Notes: generated from the sequence alone by a model not told the origin. Positions 18,980-28,158 are shown, counted from the stretch's first letter. The stretch: DNA of 64,000 nucleotides from Armatimonadota bacterium (GCA_041690135.1 JAWLHY010000018.1:64001-128000); one strand, 5' to 3'. Made by a program: numbers and translations.

Positions 18980-19008
18980 AAAAAGCGGGCTGCCTCAGCC
19001 CGCTTTTC
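18980..19008. terminator. bidirectional terminator between convergent jag and HTH gene
   Basis: AAAAAGCGGGC-TGCCTCA-GCCCGCTTTT. Confidence 0.75.
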
Positions 19009-19025
19009 CCCTCAAGCCCCCAGCG

Positions 19026-19733
19026 TTAGGGCTTCCAGAACTGCCACCAGGGTCGCTTCTGCGCCGCCGTCACCAGCTCATCGATCAGGCGTTCCTGCTT
19101 TCCGGCGTGGTCCTTGAGTTGGTCGATATCCTGCCGGAGCCCTTCCATTTCTCGTAGTCGCTCCTGCGCGCGCTCCAACTCCTGGCGTAAAGTCTCGGCC
19201 TCTCGTGCCTGACGCTCCTTCTCCAACTGGCTCTCGTGCAACGCGCCGCGCATCGATTCGAGCTGCTGATCACGGGCGGCCCGGTCTTGCTGGAGCGATT
19301 CCGCGGTCTCCGCCAGGGATTTCACCCGCTCCAGTTCGCTTTGCAGGTAGCCGAGACGGAACATGGCCTGCTCGTGCCGTTGGTAGAGCTCGGCCAGCGC
19401 CGACAGGGTGGAGTGTGCCAGCGCCTGTGCCCCTTCGCCGCTGGACTCTTCCACCGGAACGGCGGTCTGGATCCGCGCGCCGTTCTCTCCTTCGGGTGTG
19501 AACTCGGCATCGAGCACAGCCTCTGCCGGAACATCTTCGCCCAGTGGGCCCTGCGCGGCGAGCAGGCCGGCGGCCACCAGTGCGCCGTGGGCGATCCGGT
19601 ACTCGTCACCGAACTTCCCGGGTTGGATGGTGGCATCGAGCTGGCCCAACCGGATTCGCTGCCGAATCGTGTTGCGGTGCAGACCCGTTAGCGCGGCTGC
19701 TTCGTTAATGGTGTAGGTGGGCTGCTGTGGCAT
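19026..19733 (-). CDS. HTH (MerR/excisionase-like) DNA-binding protein with long coiled coil and C-terminal PWWQFW tail
   Basis: YTINEAAALTGLHRNTIRQRIRLGQL; Glu/Gln/Arg heptads; RPWWQFWKP. Confidence 0.8.
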   Translation of the reverse strand: MPQQPTYTINEAAALTGLHRNTIRQRIRLGQLDATIQPGKFGDEYRIAHGALVAAGLLAAQGPLGEDVPAEAVLDAEFTPEGENGARIQTAVPVEESSGEGAQALAHSTLSALAELYQRHEQAMFRLGYLQSELERVKSLAETAESLQQDRAARDQQLESMRGALHESQLEKERQAREAETLRQELERAQERLREMEGLRQDIDQLKDHAGKQERLIDELVTAAQKRPWWQFWKP

Positions 19734-19746
19734 GGGGGCGGTAGAT

Positions 19747-19789
19747 TCCTAGCGTTCTCATCGTAGCAAACGCTAGGACCTCTCGTCAA
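19747..19789 (-). promoter_or_regulatory. promoter with overlapping 10-bp inverted repeat (candidate operator)
   Basis: Minus strand TTGACG-N18-TACGAT; TCCTAGCGTT-N12-AACGCTAGGA at 19747-19778. Confidence 0.6.
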
Positions 19790-19961
19790 AAGGAGTGCGT
19801 GCGTAAAGGCATGGCGAACCGCGAGGAGGCGTGGGCTGGGGAGTCATGGTATTCTTGTGTTACCGTGGCTACGTGCGTCCTGGAAATGGGACGAAAGAGG
19901 CTGGACCCTCCCCGGTTGAGTCCCCATGGAGCCGCGGTAGAATGCGTGAAGGATCAGGAGG

Positions 19962-20714
19962 TTGGGATTGAAACTGGCGTGTTCGACGGCCGCGTTTCCG
20001 GCTGACCGGCTCGATATCGCCATAGCGAAGGTAGCCTGGGCCGGATACGGAGGCTTCGAGCTGTGGCTCGAAGCGGAGCCCTATCCCTCGGAAGAGGCCC
20101 TCCAGCGGCGGCTGCGCCACGAAGAGTTGGAACTGATGGCCGTCCGCGTGAGTTCCCTTCCCACCGGAAGTGCCGCACAGGTCGTGGATGCGCTCGCCCC
20201 GATCGGCCGGGCGGCCGCCCTCGCCCGTGCCCTGGATTGCGGAATCCTGGTTACCTCTGCTCCGGCCGAGGGGAATCTGGGGGATCTCCGAGAGGTATTG
20301 CGTCTGCTGGATAGGGCGCTGGGCTCGCTGGCCGTGGATGTGTGCCTGGTGAACTCCCCCGGCACGCTGCTGGCGCTGCCGGGTGACTTCCAATCTCTCT
20401 GGGCAGACGGCGTGCCGAGCCGATACGGGGTCGCCCTGGATCCCGCAAGGGCGCTGCAGGCCGGTTGGGATCCGACCGGTCTATCGGAATTGCCGGACGT
20501 TCCGCGGTATGTCTACTTGAACGGCCTGGCTGGAGGACGGATAACTCCCCCCGGCCAGGGGGAGCCGGATCCCGAATTGTTGCTCGAGGCCCTCCGCGCG
20601 GCGGGATTCGCGGGAACACTGACGGTCGATCTGGAAGGTGCGGATGCCTGGGCTGTGGAGCCGATTGCCAAGGAAACCCGCGAAGCATTGCAGACGTGGG
20701 TAAGGCAGGGCTGA
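19962..20714 (+). CDS. xylose isomerase-like TIM barrel protein (divergent)
   Basis: LACST, AGYGGFEL, ALDP, PPGQG, L.AAGF.G.LTV. Confidence 0.7.
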   Translation: MGLKLACSTAAFPADRLDIAIAKVAWAGYGGFELWLEAEPYPSEEALQRRLRHEELELMAVRVSSLPTGSAAQVVDALAPIGRAAALARALDCGILVTSAPAEGNLGDLREVLRLLDRALGSLAVDVCLVNSPGTLLALPGDFQSLWADGVPSRYGVALDPARALQAGWDPTGLSELPDVPRYVYLNGLAGGRITPPGQGEPDPELLLEALRAAGFAGTLTVDLEGADAWAVEPIAKETREALQTWVRQG

Positions 20715-20796
20715 GATTCGAGTTCACTCGTCACGCCGAATGTAGCGGATGCGACGAGGACGCGCGCGGCCCCGTGTCGCGCTAGGGAGATGTAGA

Positions 20797-22035
20797 ATGG
20801 CCCGTTGGGAACATCCGTTACAACTCTTCGCCCTGGAACACCCGGACGATTGGGAGCCGCAGTACCAGGCGGAAACCGGGGGAGTGCTGTTCACCCTCGG
20901 CGGCGGAGCGGAGATGAGTGCACTCAGTCTCAACCCCGTCGCGCTCACGCGCGCCCAGTTCGTTCCTCGGGACCACCTGTTGCTCGCTGCAGATCGGGTT
21001 GGCGTTACACTGGACCCGGATACGATCCGGGCCGAGGCAGGCGACACCCCGATCTGTGCCTATGGCGAGGGGGTGCGGAAGGAGCCTTTTGAGACGCCGT
21101 TCCGCTTCTGGGTGATCCGCCACGACGGGTTAGCGCTCTTCGCCACCCACCTGGGTCCGGGGGCCGGCCTGAAAGCGCCCCGCCGTAGTGTGGACGAATC
21201 GCTGGAGGGCATCGATTTTCCCGAGATCCTCCCCCCCACCCCCGAGGAGTTCCGCGACCGCGTCCTGGAGATCCTGGCGCGCGAGTATCCCCAGGTGATC
21301 GGCACGCCGAGTGGCGAGTGGGGTGTCGACCTCCGCAGCGTGGAAGGAGCAGTACTCTCCTCCTTGGGGCTGGAGAATCTCTACCGGGTCTGCCTCCTTA
21401 GTTCGGAAGTCACCGGCGCGTTGATCCGCGAGCATCTGGACCAGGTGCTGACGCTCCCCGAGGGAGGGGCGCCGCAGTCGCAGCCCCTCGACGACGTGGC
21501 GGAACGTCTGCTGCCGATGCTCAAGTCGGACCAGTGGGTGCAGGAAGTGGGGCAGCAGCTCGAACTGGCCCGCGTCGATTTCGCGCCCGGCCTGGTGCTC
21601 TGCTTTGCCGTCGACGAGCCGAAGCGGCTGGCCTATGTCACTCAGGAGATGCTGGCGGAGTGGGACATGCCGATGGAGCGTCTGCAGCAGATCGCGCAGG
21701 ACAACCTTGCCCGCAAGAGCATCGATCTCCCGCTCACGGTACTGGACGGGGAAGACGACCGGCCGCTGGCGGTCATCATCAACACGCAGGACGGTTACGA
21801 CGCCGCGCGCCTGGCGATTCCCTCGATCCGCGAGAACCTGGCGGAGCAATTAGGGGATGAATACCTGGTGGGGCTGCCGAACCGCGACTTCCTGATTGCC
21901 TTCACCAACCGGGATCCGGAGATGCAGACCCGGATCATCCGGCAGGTAAGGCATGACTATCAGCGGATGCATCACCCGTTAAGCGAGACGATCTACCGCG
22001 TCCGATTCGACTCGGTGGAGCCGACCGAGCTCTAG
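20797..22035 (+). CDS. DUF1444 (YtpQ-like) family protein with N-terminal extension
   Basis: LGLENLY, LLPMLK, FAVDEP, W......A..NL, DGYDAARL, VGLPNRDFL. Confidence 0.75.
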   Translation: MARWEHPLQLFALEHPDDWEPQYQAETGGVLFTLGGGAEMSALSLNPVALTRAQFVPRDHLLLAADRVGVTLDPDTIRAEAGDTPICAYGEGVRKEPFETPFRFWVIRHDGLALFATHLGPGAGLKAPRRSVDESLEGIDFPEILPPTPEEFRDRVLEILAREYPQVIGTPSGEWGVDLRSVEGAVLSSLGLENLYRVCLLSSEVTGALIREHLDQVLTLPEGGAPQSQPLDDVAERLLPMLKSDQWVQEVGQQLELARVDFAPGLVLCFAVDEPKRLAYVTQEMLAEWDMPMERLQQIAQDNLARKSIDLPLTVLDGEDDRPLAVIINTQDGYDAARLAIPSIRENLAEQLGDEYLVGLPNRDFLIAFTNRDPEMQTRIIRQVRHDYQRMHHPLSETIYRVRFDSVEPTEL

Positions 22036-22712
22036 TGTCTGTCGAAGCCGCCACGGGTCGCGTCGTGCTGTTTTGTAAAGCTCCCGCCGCGGGAAGGGTT
22101 AAGACGCGCCTTTGTCCCCCACTCCGCCCCGAACAGGCCGCGTCTCTTGCCGAGGCCTTCTTGCTCGACGAACTGGAGATCCTGCTGGCTGCTCCGGCTT
22201 GGTCGGTGGAAGTAGCGTATGCTCCGGAGGACGCGGCTGGCTGGTTCCGGAGCCGGGTCCCTGCGAACACCGAGCTCTGGCCGCAGTCGGGAGACGATCT
22301 TGGCCAGAGACTCTCCAGAGCGTTGGCCGGGTGCGAGCCGGAGCGCCCCATGGTGATTCTGGGGGCTGACAGCCCCGATCTTCCCATCGAGTGCGTGCGG
22401 GAGGCCTTCCGGGTACTGCATGCCGGCGCCCATGGCGTGCTGGGACCGACTCCCGACGGGGGCTACTACCTCATCGGTTTGCGCCGGCCCCATCCGGAAC
22501 TCTTTCGGAACATTCCGTGGAGTACGGATCGGGTGCTTCGGGAGACAATGGACCGCGCCCATGAAGCTGGGGTGCGACTTCACGTGCTGGAGCCCTGGTC
22601 GGATGTCGATCGGATCGACGATTTGCGACAACTGCGGCGACGCCTGGCGACCGTGCCGCTGGAAGTCGCTCCCCGCACGCGAGCCTGTATGGCTGTACTG
22701 GGAGAATTCTGA
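22035..22712 (+). CDS. DUF2064/TIGR04282 family (CofC-like, GT-A fold) protein
   Basis: KAP..GRVKTRL, Q.G.DLG.R, GADSPDL, LGP..DGGYYLIGL, IPWST, DVD. Confidence 0.88.
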   Translation: MSVEAATGRVVLFCKAPAAGRVKTRLCPPLRPEQAASLAEAFLLDELEILLAAPAWSVEVAYAPEDAAGWFRSRVPANTELWPQSGDDLGQRLSRALAGCEPERPMVILGADSPDLPIECVREAFRVLHAGAHGVLGPTPDGGYYLIGLRRPHPELFRNIPWSTDRVLRETMDRAHEAGVRLHVLEPWSDVDRIDDLRQLRRRLATVPLEVAPRTRACMAVLGEF

Positions 22713-22724
22713 AGAGGCGAGGGA

Positions 22725-23417
22725 ATGATGTCGTGCCGGCGCTTCCCGATTAGGCTGGGCTTCATACTCGCTGTCTGGGCTTGGATCTGCTTCCCCCGGC
22801 TGGAAGCCTCCGCGACCGCTTCCCCACTCATTCTTGATGATGTGCGCCGGTATGAGCCCACGATCCGAGTGAAGCTGAAGTACAACTCGCCGGATAATGC
22901 CTTCAAACGCCGGTTCTACCGAAACGAAACGGCCGTGCTCCGCCCCGCCGTGGCCCGGCGCCTGGCCCGAGCGCAGGGGATTCTCCGCAAACAGGGCTTC
23001 GGTTTGCTGGTGTGGGACGCCTATCGCGCCCCCAGCGTGCAGTACGCCCTGTACCGGGCGAAACCCGGCTCCCGCTATCTATCCAATCCGCGAAAGGGAA
23101 GCAAGCACAGCCGGGCGGCTGCCGTGGACGTCACGCTGGTGGGGCCCGACGGTCGCCCGGCCACGATGCCCACGCCGCACGATGAGTTTAGCCCCCGGGC
23201 CCGGCCGGGCGCCGTCCGCGGCGTATCGCAGGCCGCACGCCGGAACTCCAGGATTCTGGCGCAGGCCATGCGGAGCGCCGGGTTCATCCAGAACGCCTAC
23301 GAGTGGTGGCATTTCAGCGACCCCAATGCCAACCGCTACTCGCTCATCTTCCTGCCACCCCAGCGAGTGCTGATACGCGGGCCGCAGGTGCGGGAGCAGA
23401 CGGCTTCTCGCCTGTAA
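22725..23417 (+). CDS. D-Ala-D-Ala dipeptidase (M15D, VanX/DdpX family)
   Basis: WDAYR, GSKHSRAAAVDVTL (SxHxxxxAxD), EWWHF. Confidence 0.9.
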   Translation: MMSCRRFPIRLGFILAVWAWICFPRLEASATASPLILDDVRRYEPTIRVKLKYNSPDNAFKRRFYRNETAVLRPAVARRLARAQGILRKQGFGLLVWDAYRAPSVQYALYRAKPGSRYLSNPRKGSKHSRAAAVDVTLVGPDGRPATMPTPHDEFSPRARPGAVRGVSQAARRNSRILAQAMRSAGFIQNAYEWWHFSDPNANRYSLIFLPPQRVLIRGPQVREQTASRL

Positions 23418-23535
23418 TCGGCGGTCCCGCACCTGCCCCGAGGTCTCCGCATGCATGAGGTGCGCCGCGAATCTGCTCGGCAGATCTCTGCCGCCGGGCC
23501 GGTAGCCGTGCGAGAATAACGGTGAGGTAACGCGC

Positions 23536-23919
23536 GTGGCGGCATTTGAGAAACATTTCACCCTGGAAGAAGCGACCGCTCTGCTGCCGGAAATTCGCAA
23601 GATCCTGGAGCGGCTGCAGGAGGCCCGGGGCAAGCTGGTCGTCGATTGGGAAACGGCGGCGCCGGTCCTCCGCGCGGCGCACCAGAATGGCGGCGGTAAA
23701 GAAGCGCACCCGTATCTCCAGGACCTGCAGGGGTTGAACGACCGCCTGCGGCGGCTGGCAGAGCTGGGTGTGGAGCTGAAGGACCTGGACAAGGGTCTGG
23801 TGGATTTTCCCAGTTGGCGCGGCGACCGGGAAGTCTTCCTCTGCTGGCACCTGGGCGAGGAGACCATCGCCTTCTGGCATGACCTGGACTCCGGCTTTGC
23901 GGGTCGCCAGCCCCTCTAA
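23536..23919 (+). CDS. DUF2203 family protein
   Basis: FTLEEA.ALLP, G..LKDLD.GLVDFP, V.LCW.LGE..I.FWH....GFAGRQP. Confidence 0.88.
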   Translation: MAAFEKHFTLEEATALLPEIRKILERLQEARGKLVVDWETAAPVLRAAHQNGGGKEAHPYLQDLQGLNDRLRRLAELGVELKDLDKGLVDFPSWRGDREVFLCWHLGEETIAFWHDLDSGFAGRQPL

Positions 23920-23946
23920 CCGCCAAGTTTAGAAAAGGAGCACCCC

Positions 23947-24273
23947 ATGAGTTTCGTCAACGTCCGGGAGCGGATTGCCTTCCGGGCGGACAAGATGAAC
24001 AAGATCAACCTCTTCGACGAGGCGCAGATGTTCATGGACGTCTACTGCCTCGAGCCGGGGCAGGCACAGAAGCCGCACGCCCACGCCGGGGCCGCCAAGA
24101 CCTACTTCGTGCTGGAGGGCGAAGGGGTCTTTCAGGTAGGCGAAGAAGAACGGAAGCTGGGCGCCGGGCATGCGATCCTGGCTCCCGCCGGTATCGACCA
24201 TGGGGTCCGCAACGAGGGACCGGAGCGGCTCGTCGTGCTGGTCTCGATGGCGCCCAACCCCAACTACGCGTAG
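23947..24273 (+). CDS. cupin domain protein
   Basis: PGQ.Q.PH.H, VLEGEG, PAG..HGVRN. Confidence 0.88.
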   Translation: MSFVNVRERIAFRADKMNKINLFDEAQMFMDVYCLEPGQAQKPHAHAGAAKTYFVLEGEGVFQVGEEERKLGAGHAILAPAGIDHGVRNEGPERLVVLVSMAPNPNYA

Positions 24274-24279
24274 AAGAAG

Positions 24280-24624
24280 ATGATTACGTTCTATTGCAAG
24301 TCCACCTGAACCACCTGTCGCAAGGCCAGGAGTTTCCTGCAAGCCCATTCCGTCCCCTTTGAAGAGCGGGACATGTCGAAGCGACCGCTTACCGAAGCGG
24401 AGGTCCGCTCCCTGATCGGGGATCGGGAGCATACGCCGTTCCTCAATTCCCGCAACGAGCTGTACCGCGAGCGGGGAATGAAGGCGAACCCGCCCGACCG
24501 CGAGGAGGCGATCCGCCTCATGGCCCAGAACCCGAATCTGATCCGGCGCCCCCTCATCGTCGATGGAGACACCTATCTCTTTGGGTTCGACGAGGAGGCC
24601 TATCGCGCCTTGACGTCCGAGTAG
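24280..24624 (+). CDS. ArsC/Spx/MgsR family thioredoxin-fold protein, probable selenoprotein (Sec at TGA 24307-24309)
   Basis: ATG 24280 reads MITFYCKST-(TGA)-TTCRKARSFL in frame with ORF 24373-24624 (P.LIRRPL, GFDE); TGA occupies the first Cys of CxxC; hairpin follows. Confidence 0.8.
24324..24345 (+). promoter_or_regulatory. candidate bacterial SECIS hairpin
   Basis: GGC-CAGGA-GTT-TCCTG-caa-GCC; apical loop starts with G, 22 nt after the UGA. Confidence 0.55.
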
Positions 24625-24636
24625 AAGGTCCAAGCC

Positions 24637-25197
24637 ATGGCCGAGCCAGCCGTTGTTCCGCGCCCCATGACGTTTGAAGACGCCGCTCAACTCGATCCCG
24701 ATCAGGATCGGGGCGAAATCGTGAACGGAGAGTGGATACCCGTGAGCAACAATACCTGGCGTCACGGAGAGATACTTTTCGCGCTGTGCGGGATCATCCA
24801 GCGCTACCTGTTGACCCATCCGGGTTGGAGCGTTTCCGTTGGAGATCCCGGAACTAAGCTTTCCACCGAGCCCGCCACCCTGAGAGGACCGGACATCGGC
24901 ATGGTCCGCGAGGAACGCCGCCCCACCGGCACCGGAGTGGACGGCTGGTTGGAGGGCGCGCCTACGCTTGCCGTGGAGGTTGTCGGTGACAGGCAGTCCG
25001 TGGCCGGGGTGATCAACAAGTCGCTGGAGTATCTCGCCGCGGGAGCCCTGGTAGTGTGGGTGATCGATCCCGCGTCATCGAAGGTCCTGGTGCTGACTCC
25101 GCCAAACTGCATTCAGGTAATAGGTGCGGAAGATACCCTGGAAGGTGGCGATGTGCTACCTGACTTCGCGTGTAAGGTTGCGGAGATCCTAAAGTGA
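24637..25197 (+). CDS. Uma2 family PD-(D/E)xK endonuclease-like protein
   Basis: EIVNGE, H, R.PD, AP.LAVEV, Y..AG..VW..DP, L.G.DVLP.F. Confidence 0.9.
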   Translation: MAEPAVVPRPMTFEDAAQLDPDQDRGEIVNGEWIPVSNNTWRHGEILFALCGIIQRYLLTHPGWSVSVGDPGTKLSTEPATLRGPDIGMVREERRPTGTGVDGWLEGAPTLAVEVVGDRQSVAGVINKSLEYLAAGALVVWVIDPASSKVLVLTPPNCIQVIGAEDTLEGGDVLPDFACKVAEILK

Positions 25198-25336
25198 TCG
25201 GTGACTGAGGCGATTGAAATCGACTCAGGTCTGGAAGAAACAAGCAGGTTCCCCGAGAGGGGGCCTGCTTGTTGGCTTTTATGGCCAGGGGCGACAACCC
25301 GCGAAAAGCTGGGAAGAATAGACTCAGGTAGGATTT

Positions 25337-26191
25337 ATGGAAACACAACCACGCAACGCAAACCAGTCGCGGGGTCGCGCCGCGGGCTTACCCGTGGATG
25401 CGGTTGTACTGGCCGGGTCGATCAATCGGATACCCCTCTTCCCCGGCAATCGTCCGGGCCGGAAAGCCCTGGTGCCAATCCAGGGCCGGCCGATGATCGC
25501 CTATGTGCTTGATGCCCTGAAGGAAGCGCGTTCGGTGGGACGGGTACTGGTGGTCGGATCGCCGGAAGTGCTGGAGTATGCGACCCGGTGGCCGCAGGTT
25601 GACGGGCTGCTGGAAGGCTCCTCGCTGGTAGACAATGCCTGGCGCGGGTTGGAAGCTTCTTCGGGCGAACGCGTGTTGTTCTGCAATCCGGATCAGCCGC
25701 TGCTGACGGCGGAGATGGTAGATTGCTTCGTGGAGCAGGCGGTGCGGCAGGACGCCGACCTCGTCACGAGCTGGGCTCGCCTGGAAAACCTGGGGCCCTA
25801 TACCGAAGGTGACCACAAGTTCGCGAAGTTCGGTGATGGCGAGTACGCGCATGGCAACCTCTTTCTGGCGCGCCGGCGATTCCCGAATGCCCCACAGGTA
25901 CGTCGCCGGTTGGACCGGTTGTACGGGGCGCGGAAAAACATGTACCGCTTCGCTTGGGAACTGGGCCCCTCCCTGTTTCTGCGGTTCCTCGTTTCCCTGC
26001 TCTGCAGGCGTCTTCCGTCGCTGGATAAATCCCTGGAAATCGGCGGTCGTAGCTTCGGCATCACGATGACCGGCGTGGTGTGTCCCCATCCGGAGATCGT
26101 CCTGGACATCGACGAGCCGGAAGACTACGCCGCCGCGGAACGGTACCTTTCCTGGCAGGAGCCGTCACAGGCGGCCGCGGGTCGCCGGTAA
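25337..26191 (+). CDS. MobA-like NTP transferase domain protein
   Basis: DAVVLAG, KALVPI.GRPMI.YV..AL, D.PL, GNLF, EI..DID.PED. Confidence 0.82.
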   Translation: METQPRNANQSRGRAAGLPVDAVVLAGSINRIPLFPGNRPGRKALVPIQGRPMIAYVLDALKEARSVGRVLVVGSPEVLEYATRWPQVDGLLEGSSLVDNAWRGLEASSGERVLFCNPDQPLLTAEMVDCFVEQAVRQDADLVTSWARLENLGPYTEGDHKFAKFGDGEYAHGNLFLARRRFPNAPQVRRRLDRLYGARKNMYRFAWELGPSLFLRFLVSLLCRRLPSLDKSLEIGGRSFGITMTGVVCPHPEIVLDIDEPEDYAAAERYLSWQEPSQAAAGRR

Positions 26192-26203
26192 GTCCGGCAA
26201 CCC

Positions 26204-27298
26204 CTACGCCGGCGGGGCTTCGGGGTTCTGGATCAGCGCCGCGCGGACCAGGAGATACTCGGAGACGTTCTCCGTAGTCAGCAGTCCGCAGAGCCGGTCC
26301 GCAGTGTGGACCGGCACGATCGTTGCCCCCTCTCCGGCCATGCGGTCCATCACCTCCTGGAGCGCCATGTCGGGTGGAACGGGGGGCGGCGCCGGCTCCA
26401 TGACCTCGCTAACGTAGACCGCACGTCCCCCGTGTGCCAGGGCCTCCAGGAGGCGGCGACGGGTCAACACGCCCACCACTTGCTGGCTGCCCACCCAATC
26501 GGTGACCGGGAAGTCCTGTTGTGTTCCGGCGAGGAGCAGGTCCACGGCACGCCCGAGTTGGTCGCCGCGCGTGAGCGTATGAAACTCCGTCAGCATCGCC
26601 TCCCGTACCGGCACGCCTTCCACAAAGCTCTGTGTCTGCACGCGGAGATGCTCTTCCGAGGCACCCATGAAGATGAAGATGGCGATCAACGTCAACATCA
26701 GGTTCGGGCCGGTCAGGCCGAGGAAGCCCAGGAAGAAAGCCACCAGTTGCCCGAGTTGGGCCGCCATCTGCGTGGCCCGCGGATAGGGCATCCGCCGGGC
26801 GAGGAGCGCGCGGAAGACGCGCCCGCCATCCATCGGAAAGGCGGGGAGCAGGTTGGACAGGCCGAGCATCAGGTTGACGTAAGCCAGTTTTCCCAGCAGG
26901 GCTCCAGGGGCGTCCATCAGCCGCAACGGCGCTACGGCCGGCTCCCAGATCAGGTGGGCCGCATAGAACAGGGGGGCGAGGACGAAGTTCACCAGCGGTC
27001 CCGCAATGGCGACCCAGAACTCCTCCCGTGGATTCTTCGGAATGGTGGCCATCCGTGCCAGACCGCCGATCGGCAGGAGCGTGATGTCGAGCACGCGCAC
27101 CCCGTAACGCTGCGCCACGGCGCTGTGCCCCAACTCGTGGGCGAGGACGCAGGCGAACACACCCACGGAAAGAAAGAACAGCGTCAGGCTTCCGGACTGT
27201 ACCCCCAGCACCCCCAGCCAGCCGATCAGCAAGAGGAAAGTGAGGTGCAGGCGGATCGGGATTCCCAGGATCTTTGCAATTTGAATCGACCAGCTCAT
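26204..27298 (-). CDS. site-2 (M50) zinc metalloprotease with CBS domains
   Basis: HELGH, LLPIGG, IAGP, NLLPAFPMDGGR, C-terminal CBS pair. Confidence 0.93.
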   Translation of the reverse strand: MSWSIQIAKILGIPIRLHLTFLLLIGWLGVLGVQSGSLTLFFLSVGVFACVLAHELGHSAVAQRYGVRVLDITLLPIGGLARMATIPKNPREEFWVAIAGPLVNFVLAPLFYAAHLIWEPAVAPLRLMDAPGALLGKLAYVNLMLGLSNLLPAFPMDGGRVFRALLARRMPYPRATQMAAQLGQLVAFFLGFLGLTGPNLMLTLIAIFIFMGASEEHLRVQTQSFVEGVPVREAMLTEFHTLTRGDQLGRAVDLLLAGTQQDFPVTDWVGSQQVVGVLTRRRLLEALAHGGRAVYVSEVMEPAPPPVPPDMALQEVMDRMAGEGATIVPVHTADRLCGLLTTENVSEYLLVRAALIQNPEAPPA

Positions 27299-27338
27299 GA
27301 AGTACACTCCTAATCCCAGGATAACCGTTCCGGTCGTG

Positions 27339-27367
27339 TTTACTTCGATCGAAGGCTGCCCTATTAT
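27339..27367 (+). promoter_or_regulatory. sigma70-type promoter, probably giving a leaderless marR transcript
   Basis: TTTACT-N17-TATTAT, GTG start 7 nt after the -10 element, no RBS. Confidence 0.5.
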
Positions 27368-27373
27368 TAGCCT

Positions 27374-27979
27374 GTGACGCCAGAAGAGACGAAACTGCTG
27401 CCCGAGCTCACCGAGCGAATCGGTACCGGACTGGTGCGCCTTTCCCAGGGAATGCGGGGCATGCTATGGAACCAGGCGCGGCAGGAGGGACTCTCCCCCA
27501 GCCAGGCCCAGGCGCTTCTGGCGCTGCAGTCCTCACCGGAACCGCTTACCGTGGGTTCCCTTGCCGAGCAGTTTGGGATCGCCGCGCCGACCGCCAGCGA
27601 GCTGGCGGGCACCCTGGAGCGGAAGGGATACATCGAGCGGCGGCACTCCACGACCGATCGACGCCAGGTCCATCTGTGTCTGACCGATGCGGGGGAGATG
27701 CTGGCGGGCCGCCTCATTGGCTGGAACGGTCTGCTGGGTGAAGCCATTGAGAGCCTGCAGGTCGAGGACCGCGAGGCGTTCTACCGCACCCTGCTCTCTC
27801 TCCTCTCCACCCTGGAGCGTTCCGGCGCCGTTCACGCCCACGCCTGCCCCGCCTGTGCGTACTTCAGCGCGTGTTGCGGCGGCTCCGACGAGCGAGTGCA
27901 TCTCTGCTCCCTTACCCAGACCCGGATGATCGATGCCGAGCTCCGCGTCGACTGCCCGGATTTCATCCTCCAGTCGTAA
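27374..27979 (+). CDS. MarR family regulator with C-terminal Cys/His metal-binding domain
   Basis: GLSPSQAQAL, PT.S.....LERKG, DRR...L.LT; CPAC..F...CC...H.C...LR.DC. Confidence 0.88.
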   Translation: MTPEETKLLPELTERIGTGLVRLSQGMRGMLWNQARQEGLSPSQAQALLALQSSPEPLTVGSLAEQFGIAAPTASELAGTLERKGYIERRHSTTDRRQVHLCLTDAGEMLAGRLIGWNGLLGEAIESLQVEDREAFYRTLLSLLSTLERSGAVHAHACPACAYFSACCGGSDERVHLCSLTQTRMIDAELRVDCPDFILQS

Positions 27980-28110
27980 CCTCGACCGGCGGAGTGTGGG
28001 GCATTTGGGCGCACCGCCGGCTCGGTACTGAGTTTTCGCTCTGCTCAGGGTTTCTGAGCGTTCCCGCGTATCTCTGCTTGCCGACCGGCGATATCCTGGG
28101 GTAGAAATAC

Positions 28111-28140
28111 TTCGGAATACGAATTATTCGGAGTCCGAAT
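28111..28140. promoter_or_regulatory. tandem palindromic operator upstream of sigma factor gene
   Basis: TTCGGA-A-TACGAA (28111-28123) and perfect ATTCGGA-G-TCCGAAT (28126-28140). Confidence 0.6.
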
Positions 28141-28158
28141 GACTGCCAGGAGGGTAGG

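Noticed and set aside
22725-23417. Vancomycin-resistance locus (vanX)
   Set aside because: No vanH, vanA, vanR or vanS nearby; a lone exported DdpX-type peptidase.
24280-24372. ArsC pseudogene with a nonsense mutation
   Set aside because: The stop falls exactly on the redox Cys, the rest of the gene is intact and a SECIS-like hairpin follows, so Sec recoding is favoured, though not proven.
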